Assembly: GCA_964016885.1 (NCBI GenBank) | Contig: CAXHJY010001441.1 | Coordinates: 234,150-298,149, forward strand | Reading direction: 5' to 3' | Source of the DNA: Eledone cirrhosa | Taxonomy: Eukaryota | Length of the DNA: 64,000 nt | In this document: piece by piece, positions 30,001 to 45,344 of the stretch | Layout of the letters: every line of letters starts with the position of its first letter | Position numbering within the stretch: the stretch's first letter is position 1 | Notes under the pieces: model-generated | Database searches by the model: none | Told to the model about the DNA's origin: nothing | Seen by the model: the letters and a program-made list of their open reading frames with translations, nothing else | Position numbers and translations under genes: made by a program

Positions 30001-33000
30001 CATCCTTTAAAACCTCCATGGAACAAGCTACCTGCATCAGTTGTTAGCTGTCGAGACACTGCATCCTTTAAAACCTCCATGGAACAAACTAGCTGCATCA
30101 GTTGTTTGCTGTCGAAACACTGCATCCTTTAAAACCTCCATGGAACAAACTACCTGCATCTGTGGTTAGCTGTCGAGACACTGCATCCTTTAAAACCTCC
30201 GTGGAACAAACTACCTGCATCAGTTGTTAGCTGTCGAAACACTGGATCCTTTAAAACCTCCATGGAACAAACTACCTGCATCAGTTGTTAGCTGTTGAGA
30301 CACTGCATCCTTTAAAACGTCCATTGAACAAACTACCTGCATCAGTTGTTAGCTGTCGAAACACTGCATCCTTTAAAACCTCCATGGAACAAACTACCTG
30401 CATCAGTTGTTAGCTGTATAGACACTGCATCCTTTAAAACCTCCATGGAACAAACTACCTGCATCAGTTGTTAGCTGTCGAAACACTGGATCCTTTAAAA
30501 CCTCCATGGAACAAACTACCTGCATCAGTTGTTAGCTGTCGAGATACTGCATCGTATAAAACCTCCGTGGAACAAACTACCTGCATCAGTTGTTAGCTGT
30601 CGAGACACTGCATTCTTTCAAACCTCCATGAAACAAACTACCTGCATCAGTTGTTAGCTGTCGAAACACTGCATCCTTTAAAACCTCCATGGGAAAAACT
30701 ACCTGCATCAGTTGTTAGCTGTCGAGACACTGCATCCTTTAAAACCTCCATGGGACAAACTACCTGCACCAGTTGTTAGCTGTCGAGACACTGCATCCTT
30801 TAAAACCTCCATGGAACAAACTACCTGCATCAGTTGTTAGCTGTCGAGACACTGCATTCTTTCAAACCTCCATGAAACAAACTATCTGCATCAGTTGTTA
30901 GCTGTCGAAACACTGCATCCTTTAAAACCTCAATGGAACAAACTACCTGCATCAGTTGTTAGCTGTCGAGACACTGCATCCTTTCAAAGAGTCATGAAAC
31001 AAACTACCTGCATCAGTTGTTAGCTGTCGAAACACTGGATCCTTTAGAACCTCCATGGAACAAACTACCTGCATCAGTTGTTAGCTGTCGAAACACTGGA
31101 TCCTTTAAAACCTCCATGGAACAAACTACCTGCGTCAGTTGTTAGCTGTTCAGACGCTGCATCCTTTAAAACCTCCATGGAACAAACTACCTGCATCAGT
31201 TGTTAGCTGTCGAAACACTGCATCCTTTAAAACCTCCATGGGACAAACTACCTGCATCAGTTGTTAGATGTCGAGACATTGCATCCTTTAAAACCTCAAT
31301 GGAACAAACTACCTGCATCAGTTGTTAACTGTCGAGACACTGGATCCTTTAAAACCTCCATGGAACAAACTACCTGCATCAGTTGTTAGCTGTCGAGACA
31401 CTGAATCCCTTAAAACTTCCATGGAACAAACTACCTGCATCAGTTGTTCGCTGTCGAGACACTGCATCCTTTAAAACCTCCATGGAACAAACTACCTGCA
31501 TCAGTTGTTAGCTGTCGAAACACTGCATCCTTTAAAACCTCCATGGAACAAACTACCTGCATCAGTTGTTAGCTGTATAGACACTGCATCCTTTAAAACC
31601 TCCATGGGACAAACTACCTGCACCAGTTGTTAGCTGTCGAGACACTGCATCCTTTAAAACCTCCATGGAACAAACTACCTGCATCAGTTGTTAGCTGTCG
31701 AGACACTGCATCCTTTAAAACCTCCATGGAACAAACTACCTGTATCAGTTGTTAGCTGTCGAAACACTGCATCCTTTAAAACACCCATGGAACAAACTAC
31801 CTGCATCAGTTGTTAGCTGTCGAAACACTGCATCCTTTAAAACCTCCATGGAACAAACTACCTGCATCAGTTGTTAGCTGTCGAGACACTGCATCGTTTA
31901 AAACCTCCGTGGAACAAACTACCTGCATCAGTTGTTAGCTGTCGAAACACTGCATCCATTAAAACCTCCATGGACCAAACTACCTGCATCAGTTGTTAGC
32001 TGTCGAGACACTGCATCCTTTAAAACCTCCGTGGAACAAACTACCTGCATCAGTTGTTAGCTGTCGAGACAGTGCATCCTTTAAAACCTCCATGGAACAA
32101 ACTACCTGCATCAGTTGTTAGCTGTCGAGACACTGCATCCTTTAAAACCTCCGTGGAACAAACTACCTGCATCAGTTGTTAGCTGTTCAGACGCTGCATC
32201 CTTTAAAACCTCCATGGAACAAACTACCTGCATCAGTTGTTAGCTTCCGAAACACTGCATCCTTTAAAACCTCCATGGGACAAACTACCTGCATCAGTTG
32301 TTAGCTGTCGAAACACTGCCTCCTTTAAAACCTCAATGGAACAAACTACCTGCATCAGTTGTTAGCTGTATAGACACTGCATCCTTTAAAACCTCCATGG
32401 AACAAACTACCTGCATCAGTTGTTAGCTGTCGAGACACTGCATCCTTTCAAACCTCCATGAAACAAACTACCTGCATCAGTTGTTAGCTGTCGAAACACT
32501 GGATCCTTTAAAACCTCCATTGATCAATCTACCTGCATCAGTTGTTAGCTGTCGAGACACTGTATCCTTTAAAACCTCAATGGAACAAACTACCTGCATC
32601 ATTTGTTAGCTGTCGAGACACTGGATCCTTTAAAAACCTCCATGGAACAAGCTACCTGCATCAGTTGTTAGCTGTCGAGACACTGGATCCTTTAAAACCT
32701 CCATGGAACAAACTACCTGTATCAGTTGTTAGCTGTCGAGACACTGTATCCTTTAAAACCTCAATGGAACAAACTACCTGCATCAGTTGTTAGCTGTCGA
32801 GACACTGGATCCTTTAAAAACCTCCATGGAACAAGCTACCTGCATCAGTTGTTAGCTGTCGAGACACTGGATCCTTTAAAACCTCCATGGAACAAACTAC
32901 CTGTATCAGTTGTTAGCTGTCGAAACACTGCATCCTTTAAAACACCCATGGAACAAACTACCTGCATCAGTTGTTAGCTGTCGAAACACTGCATCCTTTA

Positions 33001-36000
33001 AAACCTCCATGGAACAAACTACCTGCATCAGTTGTTAGCTGTCGAGACACAGCATCCTTTAAAACCTCCGTGGAATAAACTACCTGCATCAGTTGTTAGC
33101 TGTCGAAACACTGCATCCATTAAAACCTCCATGGAACAAACTACCTGCATCAGTTGTTAGCTGTCGAAACACTGCATCCTTTAAAACCTCCATGGAACAA
33201 ACTACCTGCATGAGTTGTTAGCTGTCGAGACACTGCATCGTTTAAAACCTCCGTGGAACAAACTACCTGCATCAGTTGTTAGCTGTTGAGACACTGCATA
33301 CTTTAAAACCTCCATGGAACAAACTACCTGCATCAGTCGTTAGCTGTCGAGACACTGCATTCTTTCAAACCTCCATGAAACAAACTACCTGCATCAGTTG
33401 TTAGCTGTCGAAACACTGCCTCCTTTAAAACCTCAATGGAACAAACTACCTGCATCAGTTGTTAGCTGTATAGACACAGCATCCTTTAAAACCTCCATGG
33501 GACAAACTACCTGCACCAGTTGTTAGCTGTCGAGACACTGCATCCTTTAAAACCTCCATGGAACAAACTACCTGCATCAGTTGTTAGCTGTCGAGACACT
33601 GCATCCTTTAAAACCTCCATGGAACAAACTACCTGCATCAGTTGTTAGCTGTCGAGACACTGCATCCTTTCAAACCTCCATGAAACAAACAACCTGCATC
33701 AGTTGTTAGCTGTCGAAACACTGGATCCTTTAAAACCTCAATGGAACAAACTACCTGCATCAGTTGTTAGCTGTCGAGACACTGTATCCTTTAAAACCTC
33801 AATGGAACAAACTACCTGCATCAGTTGTTAGCTGTCGAGACACTGCATCCTTTAAAACCTCCGTGGAACAAACTACCTGCATCAGTTGTTAGCTGTTCAG
33901 ACGCTGCATCCTTTAAAACCTCCATGGAACAAACTACCTGCATCAGTTGTTAGCTGTCGAAACACTGCATCCTTTAAAACCTCCATGGGACAAACTACCT
34001 GCATCAGTTGTTAGATGTCGAGACATTGCATCCTTTAAAACCTCAATGGAACAAATTACCTGCATCAGTTGTTAGCTGTCGAGACACTGGATCCTTTAAA
34101 ACCTCCATGGAACAAACTACCTGCATCAGTTGTTAGCTGTCGAGACACTGGATCCTTTAAAACCTCCATGGAACAAACTACCTGCATCAGTTGTTAGCTG
34201 TCGAAACACTGCATCCTTTAAAACCTCCGTGGAACAAACTACCTGCATCAGTTGTTAGCTGTTCAGACGCTGCATCCTTTAAAACCTCCATGGAACAAAC
34301 TACCTGCATCAGTTGTTAGCTTCCGAAACACTGCATCCTTTAAAACCTCCATGGGACAAACTACCTGCATCAGTTGTTAGCTGTCGAAACACTGCATCCT
34401 TTAAAACCTCCATGAAACAAACTACCTGCATCAGTTGTTAGCTGTCGAAACACTGCATCCTTTAAAACCTCCATGGAACAAACTACCTGCATCAGTTGTT
34501 AGCTGTATAGACACTGCATTCTTTAAAACCTCCATGGGACAAACTACCTGCACCAGTTGTTAGCTGTCGAGACACTGCATCCTTTAAAACCTCCATGGAA
34601 CAAACTACCTTCATCAGTTGTTAGCTGTCGAGACACTGCATCCTTTAAAACCTCCATGGAACAAACTACCTGCATCACTTGTTAGCTGTCGAGACACTGC
34701 ATCCTTTAAAACCTCCATGAAACAAACTACCTGCATCAGTTGTTAGCTGTCGAGACACTGCATCCTTTCAAACCTCCATGAAACAAACAACCTGCATCAG
34801 TTGTTAGCTGTCGAAACACTGGATCCTTTAAAACCTCAATGGAACAAACTACCTGCATCAGTTGTTAGCTGTCGAGACACTGTATCCTTTAAAACCTCAA
34901 TGGAACAAACTACCTGCATCAGTTGTTAGCTGTCGAGACACTGGATCCTTTAAAAACCTCCATGGAACAAACTACCTGCATCAGTTGTTAGCTGTCGAGA
35001 CACTGGATCCTTTAAAACCTCCATGGAACAAACTACCTGTATCAGTTGTTAGCTGTCGAAACACTGCATCCTTTGAAACATCCATGGAACAAACTACCTG
35101 CATCAGTTGTTAGCTGTCGAAACACTGCATCCTTTAAAACCTCCATGGAACAAACTACCTGCATCAGTTGTTAGCTGTCGAGACACTGCATCCTTTAAAA
35201 CCTCCGTGGAACAAACTACCTGCATCAGTTGTTAGCTGTTCAGACGCTGCATCCTTTAAAACCTCCATGGAACAAACTACCTGCATCAGTTGTTAGCTTC
35301 CGAAACACTGCATCCTTTAAAACCTCCATGGGACAAACTACCTGCATCAGTTGTTAGCTGTGGAAACACTGCATCCTTTAAAACCTCCATGAAACAAACT
35401 ACCTGTATCAGTTGTTAGCTGTCGAAACACTGCCTCCTTTAAAACCTCAATGGAACAAACTACCTGCATCAGTTGTTAGCTGTATAGACACTGCATCCTT
35501 TAAAACCTCCATGGGACAAACTACCTGCACCAGTTGTTAGCTGTCGAGACACTGCATCCTTTAAAACCTCCATGGAACAAACTACCTGCATCAGTTGTTA
35601 GCTGTCGAGACACTGCATCCTTTAAAACCTCCATGGAACAAACTACCTGCATCAGTTGTCAGCTGTCGAGACACTGCATCCTTTCAAACCTCCATGAAAC
35701 AAACTACCTGCATCAGTTGTTAGCTGTCGAAACACTGGATCCTTTAAAACCTCCATTGATCAATCTACCTGCATCAGTTGTTAGCTGTCGAGACACTGGA
35801 TCCTTTAAAACCTCTATGGAACAAACTACCTGTATCAGTTGTTAGCTGTCGAAACACTGCATCCTTTAAAACATCCATGGAACAAACTACCTGCATCAGT
35901 TGTTAGCTGTCGAGACACTGCATCCTTTAAAACCTCCGTGGAACAAACTACCTGCATCAGTCGTTAGCTGTTCAGACGCTGCATCCTTTAAAACCTCCAT

Positions 36001-39000
36001 GGAACAAACTACCTGCATCAGTTGTTAGCTGTCGAAACACTGCATCCTTTAAAACCTCCATGGGACAAACTACCTGCATCAGTTGTTAGATGTCGAGACA
36101 TTGCATCCTTTAAAACCTCAATGGAACAAACTACCTGCATCAGTTGTTAGCTGTCGAGACACTGGATCGTTTAAAACCTCCATGGAACAAACTACCTGCA
36201 TCAGTTGTTAGCTGTCGAAACACTACATCCATTAAAACCTCCATGGAACAAACTACCTGCATCAGTTGTTAGCTGTCGAGACACTGCATCCTTTAAAACC
36301 TCCGTGGAACAAACTACCTGCATCAGTTGTTAGCTGTTCAGACGCTGCATCCTTTAAAACCTCCATGGAACAAACTACCTGCATCAGTTGTTAGCTTCCG
36401 AAACACTGCATCCTTTAAAACCTCCATGGGACAAACTACCTGCATCAGTTGTTAGCTGTCGAAACACTGCATCCTTTAAAACCTCCATGAAACAAACTAC
36501 CTGCATCAGTTGTTAGCTGTATAGACACTGCATCCTTTAAAACCTCCATGGGACAAACTACCTGCACCAGTTGTTAGCTGTCGAGACACTGCATCCTTTA
36601 AAACCTCCATGGAACAAACTACCTTCATCAGTTGTTAGCTGTCGAGACACTGCATCCTTTAAAACCTCCATGGAACAAACTACCTGCATCAGTTGTTAGC
36701 TGTCGAGACACTGCATCCTTTAAAACCTCCATGAAACAAACTACCTGCATCAGTTGTTAGCTGTCGAAACACTGGATCCTTTATAACCTCCATTGAACAA
36801 TCTACCTGCATCAGTTGTTAGCTGTCGAGACACTGTATCCTTTAAAACCTCAATGGAACAAACTACCTGCATCATTTGTTAGCTGTCGAGACACTGGATC
36901 CTTTAAAAACCTCCATGGAACAAGCTACCTGCATCAGTTGTTAGCTGTCGAGACACTGGATCCTTTAAAACCTCCATGGAACAAACTACCTGTATCAGTT
37001 GTTAGCTGTCGAAACACTGCATCCTTTAAAACATCCATGGAACAAACTACCTGCATCAATTGTTAGCTGTCGAGACACTGCATCCTTTAAAACCTCCATG
37101 GAACAAACTACCTGCATCAGTTGTTAGCTGTCGAGACACTGCATCCTTTAAAACCTCCGTGGAACAAACTACCTGCATCAGTTGTTAGCTGTTCAGACGC
37201 TGCATCCTTTAAAACCTCCATGGAACAAACTACCTGCATCAGTTGTTAGCTGTCGAAACACTGCATCCTTTAAAACCTCCATGGGACAAACTACCTGCAT
37301 CAGTTGTTAGATGTCGAGACATTGCATCCTTTAAAACCTCAATGGAACAAACTACCTGCATCAGTTGTTAGCTGTCGAGACACTGGATCCTTTAAAACCT
37401 CCATGGAACAAACTACCTGCATCAGTTGTTAGCTGTCGAGACACTGTATCCTTTAAAACCTCCATGGAACAAACTACCTGCATCAGTTGTTAGCTGTCGA
37501 GACACTGCATTCTTTCAAACCTCCATGGAACAAACTACCTGCATCAGTTGTTAGCTATCGAAACACTGCATCCTTTAAAACCTCCATGGAACAAACTACC
37601 TGCATCAGTTGTTAGCTGTCGAAATACTGCATCCATTAAAACCTCCATGGAACAAACTACCTTCATCAGTTGTTAGCTGTATAGACACTGCATCCTTTAA
37701 AACCTCCATGGGACAAACTACATGCATCAGTTGTTAGCTGTCGAAACACTGCATTCTTTAAAACCTCCATGGAACAAACTACATGCACCAGTTGTTAGCT
37801 GCCGCGACACTGCATCCTTTAAAACCTCCATGGAACAAACTACCTGCATCAGTTGTTAGCTGTCGTGACGCTGGATCCTTTAAAACCTCCATGTAACAAA
37901 CTTCCTGCATCAGTTGTTAGCTGTCGAGACACTGCATCCTTTAAAACCTCCATGGAACAAACTACCTACATCAGTTGTTAGCTGTCGAAACACTGCATCC
38001 TTTAAAACCTCCATGGAACAAACTACCTGCATCAGTTGTTAGCTGTCGAGACACTGCATCCTTTAAAACCTCCATGGGACAAACTACCTGCATCAGTTGT
38101 TAGCTGTCGAGACACTGTATCCTTTAAAACCTCAATGGAACAAACTACCTGCATCATTTGTTAGCTGTCGAGACACTGGATCCTTTAAAAACCTCCATGG
38201 AACAAGCTACCTGCATCAGTTGTTAGCTGTCGAGACACTGGATCCTTTAAAACCTCCATGGAACAAACTACCTGTATCAGTTGTTAGCTGTCGAAACACT
38301 GCATCCTTTAAAACATCCATGGAACAAACTACCTGCATCAGTTGTTAGCTGTCGAGACACTGCATCCTTTAAAACCTCCGTGGAACAAACTACCTGCATC
38401 AGTTGTTAGCTGTTCAGACGCTGCATCCTTTAAAACCTCCATGGAACAAACTACCTGCATCAGTTGTTAGCTGTCGAAACACTGCATCCTTTAAAACCTC
38501 CATGGGACAAACTACCTGCATCAGTTGTTAGATGTCGAGACATTGCATCCTTTAAAACCTCAATGGAACAAACTACCTGCATCAGTTGTTAGCTGTCGAG
38601 ACACTGGATCGTTTAAAACCTCCATGGAACAAACTACCTGCATCAGTTGTTAGCTGTCGAGACACTGCATCCTTTAAAACCTCCGTGAAACAAACTACCT
38701 GCATCAGTTGTTAGCTGTCGAAACACTACATCCATTAAAACCTCCATGGAACAAACTACCTGCATCAGTTGTTAGCTGTCGAGACACTGCATCCTTTAAA
38801 ACCTCCGTGGAACAAACTACCTGCATCAGTTGTTAGCTGTTCAGACGCTGCATCCTTTAAAACCTCCATGGAACAAACTACCTGCATCAGTTGTTAGCTT
38901 CCGAAACACTGCATCCTTTAAAACCTCCATGGGACAAACTACCTGCATCAGTTGTTAGCTGTCGAAACACTGCATCCTTTAAAACATCCATGGAACAAAC

Positions 39001-42000
39001 TACCTGCATCAATTGTTAGCTGTCGAGACACTGCATCCTTTAAAACCTCCATGGAACAAACTACCTGCATCAGTTGTTAGCTGTCGAGACACTGCATCCT
39101 TTAAAACCTCCGTGGAACAAACTACCTGCATCAGTTGTTAGCTGTTCAGACGCTGCATCCTTTAAAACCTCCATGGAACAAACTACCTGCATCAGTTGTT
39201 AGCTGTCGAAACACTGCATCCTTTAAAACATCCATGGGACAAACTACCTGCATCAGTTGTTAGCTGTCGAAACACTGCATCCTTTAAAACCTCCATGAAA
39301 CAAACTACCTGCATCAGTTGTTAGCTGTATAGACACTGCATCCTTTAAAACCTCCATGAGACAAACTACCTGCACCAGTTGTTAGCTGTCGAGACACTGC
39401 ATCCTTTAAAACCTCCATGGAACAAACTACCTTCATCAGTTGTTAGCTGTCGAGACACTGCATCCTTTAAAACCTCCATGGAACAAACTACCTGCATCAG
39501 TTGTTAGCTGTCGAGACACTGCATCCTTTAAAACCTCCATGAAACAAACTACCTGCATCAGTTGTTAGCTGTCGAAACACTGGATCCTTTAAAAACCTCC
39601 ATGGAACAAGCTACCTGCATCAGTTGTTAGCTGTCGAGACACTGGATCCTTTAAAACCTCCATGGAACAAACTATTTGTATCAGTTGTTAGCTGTCGAAA
39701 CACTGCATCCTTTAAAACATCCATGGAACAAACTACCTGCATCAATTGTTAGCTGTCGAGACACTGCATCCTTTAAAACCTCCATGGAACAAACTACCTG
39801 CATCAGTTGTTAGCTGTCGAGACACTGCATCCTTTAAAACCTCCGTGGAACAAACTACCTGCATCAGTTGTTAGCTGTTCAGACGCTGCATCCTTTAAAA
39901 CCTCCATGGAACAAACTACCTGCATCAGTTGTTAGCTGTCGAAACACTGCATCCTTTAAAACCTCCATGGGACAAACTACCTGCATCAGTTGTTAGATGT
40001 CGAGACATTGCATCCTTTAAAACCTCAATGGAACAAACTACCTGCATCAGTTGTTAGCTGTCGAGACACTGGATCCTTTAAAACCTCCATGGAACAAACT
40101 ACCTGCATCAGTTGTTAGCTGTCGAGACACTGTATCCTTTAAAACCTCCATGGAACAAACTACCTGCATCAGTTGTTAGCTGTCGAGACACTGCATTCTT
40201 TCAAACCTCCATGGAACAAACTACCTGCATCAGTTGTTAGCTGTCGAAACACTGCATCCTTTAAAACCTCCATGGAACAAACTACCTGCATCAGTTGTTA
40301 GCTGTCGAGACACTGCATCCTTTAAAACCTCCGTGGAACAAACTACCTGCATCAGTTGTTAGCTGTTCAGACGCTGCATCCTTTAAAACCTCCATGGAAC
40401 AAACTACCTGCATCAGTTGTTAGCTGTCGAAACACTGCATCCTTTAAAACCTCCATGGGACAAACTACCTGCATCAGTTGTTAGATGTCGAGACATTGCA
40501 TCCTTTAAAACCTCAATGGAACAAACTACCTGCATCAGTTGTTAGCTGTCGAGACACTGGATCCTTTAAAACCTCCATGGAACAAACTACCTGCATCAGT
40601 TGTTAGCTGTCGAGACACTGTATCCTTTAAAACCTCCATGGAACAAACTACCTGCATCAGTTGTTAGCTGTCGAGACACTGCATTCTTTCAAACCTCCAT
40701 GGAACAAACTACCTGCATCAGTTGTTAGCTATCGAAACACTGCATCCTTTAAAACCTCCATGGAACAAACTACCTGCATCAGTTGTTAGCTGTCGAAACA
40801 CTGCATCCATTAAAACCTCCATGGAACAAACTACCTTCTTCAGTTGTTAGCTGTATAGACACTGCATCCTTTAAAACCTCCATGGGACAAACTACATGCA
40901 TCAGTTGTTAGCTGTCGAAACACTGCATTCTTTAAAACCTCCATGGAACAAACTACATGCACCAGTTGTTAGCTGCCGCGACACTGCATCCTTTAAAACC
41001 TCCATGGAACAAACTACCTGCATCAGTTGTTAGCTGTCGTGACGCTGGATCCTTTAAAACCTCCATGTAACAAACTTCCTGCATCAGTTGTTAGCTGTCG
41101 AGACACTGCATCCTTTAAAACCTCCATGGAACAAACTACCTACATCAGTTGTTAGCTGTCGAAACACTGCATCCTTTAAAACCTCCATGGAACAAACTAC
41201 CTGCATCAGTTGTTAGCTGTCGCGACACTGCATCCTTTAAAACCTCCATGGGACAAACTACCTGCATCAGTTGTTAGCTGTCGAGACACTGTATCCTTTA
41301 AAACCTCAATGGAACAAACTACCTGCATCATTTGTTAGCTGTCGAGACACTGGATCCTTTAAAAACCTCCATGGAACAAGCTACCTGCATCAGTTGTTAG
41401 CTGTCGAGACACTGGATCCTTTAAAACCTCCATGGAACAAACTACCTGTATCAGTTGTTAGCTGTCGAAACACTGCATCCTTTAAAACATCCATGGAACA
41501 AACTACCTGCATCAGTTGTTAGCTGTCGAGACACTGCATCCTTTAAAACCTCCGTGGAACAAACTACCTGCATCAGTTGTTAGCTGTTCAGACGCTGCAT
41601 CCTTTAAAACCTCCATGGAACAAACTACCTGCATCAGTTGTTAGCTGTCGAAACACTGCATCCTTTAAAACCTCCATGGGACAAACTACCTGCATCAGTT
41701 GTTAGATGTCGAGACATTGCATCCTTTAAAACCTCAATGGAACAAACTACCTGCATCAGTTGTTAGCTGTCGAGACACTGGATCGTTTAAAACCTCCATG
41801 GAACAAACTACCTGCATCAGTTGTTAGCTGTCGAGACACTGCATCCTTTAAAACCTCCGTGAAACAAACTACCTGCATCAGTTGTTAGCTGTCGAAACAC
41901 TACATCCATTAAAACCTCCATGGAACAAACTACCTGCATCAGTTGTTAGCTGTCGAGACACTGCATCCTTTAAAACCTCCGTGGAACAAACTACCTGCAT

Positions 42001-44790
42001 CAGTTGTTAGCTGTTCAGACGCTGCATCCTTTAAAACCTCCATGGAACAAACTACCTGCATCAGTTGTTAGCTTCCGAAACACTGCATCCTTTAAAACCT
42101 CCATGGGACAAACTACCTGCATCAGTTGTTAGCTGTCGAAACACTGCATCCTTTAAAACATCCATGGAACAAACTACCTGCATCAATTGTTAGCTGTCGA
42201 GACACTGCATCCTTTAAAACCTCCATGGAACAAACTACCTGCATCAGTTGTTAGCTGTCGAGACACTGCATCCTTTAAAACCTCCGTGGAACAAACTACC
42301 TGCATCAGTTGTTAGCTGTTCAGACGCTGCATCCTTTAAAACCTCCATGGAACAAACTACCTGCATCAGTTGTTAGCTGTCGAAACACTGCATCCTTTAA
42401 AACCTCCATGGGACAAACTACCTGCATCAGTTGTTAGCTGTCGAAACACTGCATCCTTTAAAACCTCCATGAAACAAACTACCTGCATCAGTTGTTAGCT
42501 GTATAGACACTGCATCCTTTAAAACCTCCATGGGACAAACTACCTGCACCAGTTGTTAGCTGTCGAGACACTGCATCCTTTAAAACCTCCATGGAACAAA
42601 CTACCTTCATCAGTTGTTAGCTGTCGAGACACTGCATCCTTTAAAACCTCCATGGAACAAACTACCTGCATCAGTTGTTAGCTGTCGAGACACTGCATCC
42701 TTTAAAACCTCCATGAAACAAACTACCTGCATCAGTTGTTAGCTGTCGAAACACTGGATCCTTTAAAACCTCCATTGAACAATCTACCTGCATCAGTTGT
42801 TAGCTGTCGAGACACTGTATCCTTTAAAACCTCAATGGAACAAACTACCTGCATCATTTGTTAGCTGTCGAGACACTGGATCCTTTAAAAACCTCCATGG
42901 AACAAGCTACCTGCATCAGTTGTTAGCTGTCGAGACACTGGATCCTTTAAAACCTCCATGGAACAAACTATTTGTATCAGTTGTTAGCTGTCGAAACACT
43001 GCATCCTTTAAAACATCCATGGAACAAACTACCTGCATCAATTGTTAGCTGTCGAGACACTGCATCCTTTAAAACCTCCATGGAACAAACTACCTGCATC
43101 AGTTGTTAGCTGTCGAGACACTGCATCCTTTAAAACCTCCGTGGAACAAACTACCTGCATCAGTTGTTAGCTGTTCAGACGCTGCATCCTTTAAAACCTC
43201 CATGGAACAAACTACCTGCATCAGTTGTTAGCTGTCGAAACACTGCATCCTTTAAAACCTCCATGGGACAAACTACCTGCATCAGTTGTTAGATGTCGAG
43301 ACATTGCATCCTTTAAAACCTCAATGGAACAAACTACCTGCATCAGTTGTTAGCTGTCGAGACACTGGATCCTTTAAAACCTCCATGGAACAAACTACCT
43401 GCATCAGTTGTTAGCTGTCGAGACACTGTATCCTTTAAAACCTCCATGGAACAAACTACCTGCATCAGTTGTTAGCTGTCGAGACACTGCATTCTTTCAA
43501 ACCTCCATGGAACAAACTACCTGCATCAGTTGTTAGCTGTCGAAACACTGCATCCTTTAAAACCTCCATGGAACAAACTACCTGCATCAGTTGTTAGCTG
43601 TCGAGACACTGCATCCTTTAAAACCTCCATGGAACAAACTAGCTGCATCAGTTGTTAGCTGTTGAAACACTGCATCCATTAAAACCTCCATGGAACAAAC
43701 TACCTGCATCAGTTGTTAGCTGTCAAGACACTGCATCCTTTAAAACCTCCATGGGACAAACTACCTGCATCAGTTGTTAGCTGTCCGAGACGCTGCATTC
43801 TTTAAAACCTCCATGGAACAAACTACATGCACCAGTTGTTAGCTGCCGAGACACTGCATCCTTTAAAACCTCCATGGAACAAACTACCTGCATCAGTTGT
43901 TAGCTGTCGTGACGCTGGATCCTTTAAAACCTCCATGTAACAAACTTCCTGCATCAGTTTTTAGCTGTCGCGACACTGCATCCTTTAAAACCTCCATGGA
44001 ACAAACTACCTACATCAGTTGTTAGCTGTCGAAACACTGCATCCTTTAAAACCTCCATGGAACAAACTACCTGCATCAGTTGTTAGCTGTCGCGACACTG
44101 CATCCTTTAAAACCTCCATGGGACAAACTACCTGCATCAGTTGTTAGCTGTCGAGACACTGCATCCATTAAAACCTCCATGGAACAAACTACCTGCATCA
44201 GTTGTTAGATGACAAGACACTGCATCCTTTAAAACCTCCATGGAACAAACTACCTGCATCTGTTGTTAGCTGTCGAGACACTGCATCGTTTAAAACCCCC
44301 ATGGAACAAACTACCTGCATCAGTTGTTAGCTGTCGAGACACTGCATCCTTTAAAACCTCCATGGAACAAACTACCTGCATCAGTTGTTAGCTGTCGAGA
44401 CACTGCATTCTTTCAAACCTCCATGCAACAAACTACCTTCATCAGTTGTTAGCTGTCGAAACACTGCATCCTTTAAAACCTCCATGGAACAAACCACCTG
44501 CATCAGTTGTTAGCTGTCGAAACACTGGATCCTTTAAAACCTCCATGGAACAAACTCCCTGAATCAGTTGTTAGCTGTCGAAACATTGTATCCTTTAAAA
44601 CCTCCATGGAACAAAGTACCTGCATCAGTTGTTAGCTGTCGAGACACTGCACCCTTTAAAACCTCCATGGAACAAACTACCTGCATCAGTTGTTAGCTGT
44701 CGAAACACTGCATCCTTTAAAAACCCCATGGAACAAACTACCTGCATCAGTTGTTAGCTGTCGAAACACTGCATCCTTTAAAACCTCCAT
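1..44790. repeat. 61-bp tandem satellite array (~734 monomers, open at window start)
   Basis: Consensus CTCCATGGAACAAACTACCTGCATCAGTTGTTAGCTGTCGA(G/A)ACACTGCATCCTTTAAAAC repeats head-to-tail, usually with only a few substitutions per copy; it ends abruptly at ...AAAACCTCCAT 44790. Confidence 0.99.
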
Positions 44791-44902
44791 ACTTCTAGAG
44801 ATTCGCCAACACTACATCTGATACCCCCCTCCCTCTCCATTCACACGCATGCATGTATATCATGACTCATATACTGTTCACTTTTCTGACATTTGTACAT
44901 TA

Positions 44903-45091
44903 GGTGGATTGGCAGAATCGGTAGAGCGTCGGACCAGATGCTTAGCAGCATCGAATTACGGCTCTTTATGGTCTGAATTCAAATCCTGCCAAGGTTATCT
45001 TTGCTTTTCATCCTTACGGGGTCGATAAGCTAAAGTACCAGTAATACACTGGATATTTGCTGGCCTTGTGCCAAAAGTAGAAACAATTATT
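44903..45091 (+). mobile_element. tRNA-derived SINE (octopus-type)
   Basis: A-box-like TGGCAGAATCGG, B-box-like GAATTCAAATCC, body GGGGTCGATAA..AAGTACCAG and tail GGCCTTGTGCC..AGTAGAAACAATTATT; three more copies in the window. Confidence 0.85.
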
Positions 45092-45344
45092 CTATGTACT
45101 ATACATGAACTTTGATGAGTTGTAGTACACCTGAGCACTGTACACAATAATTTCATTATTCATTATTCAACACAATACTGCATTATCCAACATGTCGTTT
45201 TCTTTTTTAAAACTAAGTGATTTTGCATCTATTTCTAGCAGGTCTAGTGACCACGTAGAGGTCTCCCTCTTTAGCATGCTGCCATAAGTGGTTTTATAGT
45301 TATGGTTGGCAGGCTACATGTGATGCTTTATGATGACTGTAACG

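Noticed and set aside
16925-43048. Short MLAVETL.. ORFs in the satellite
   Set aside because: They start at TTG and arise where 1-bp indels or point changes shift or remove the periodic stops.
1-44790. CRISPR array, or hammerhead-bearing satellite
   Set aside because: There are no unique spacers. The minus strand has CTGATGC without a following GAAA, and the plus strand has GAAAC without CUGANGA, so no HHR can be folded.
44903-44990. tRNA gene
   Set aside because: A/B boxes continue into a repeated SINE body and no cloverleaf forms.
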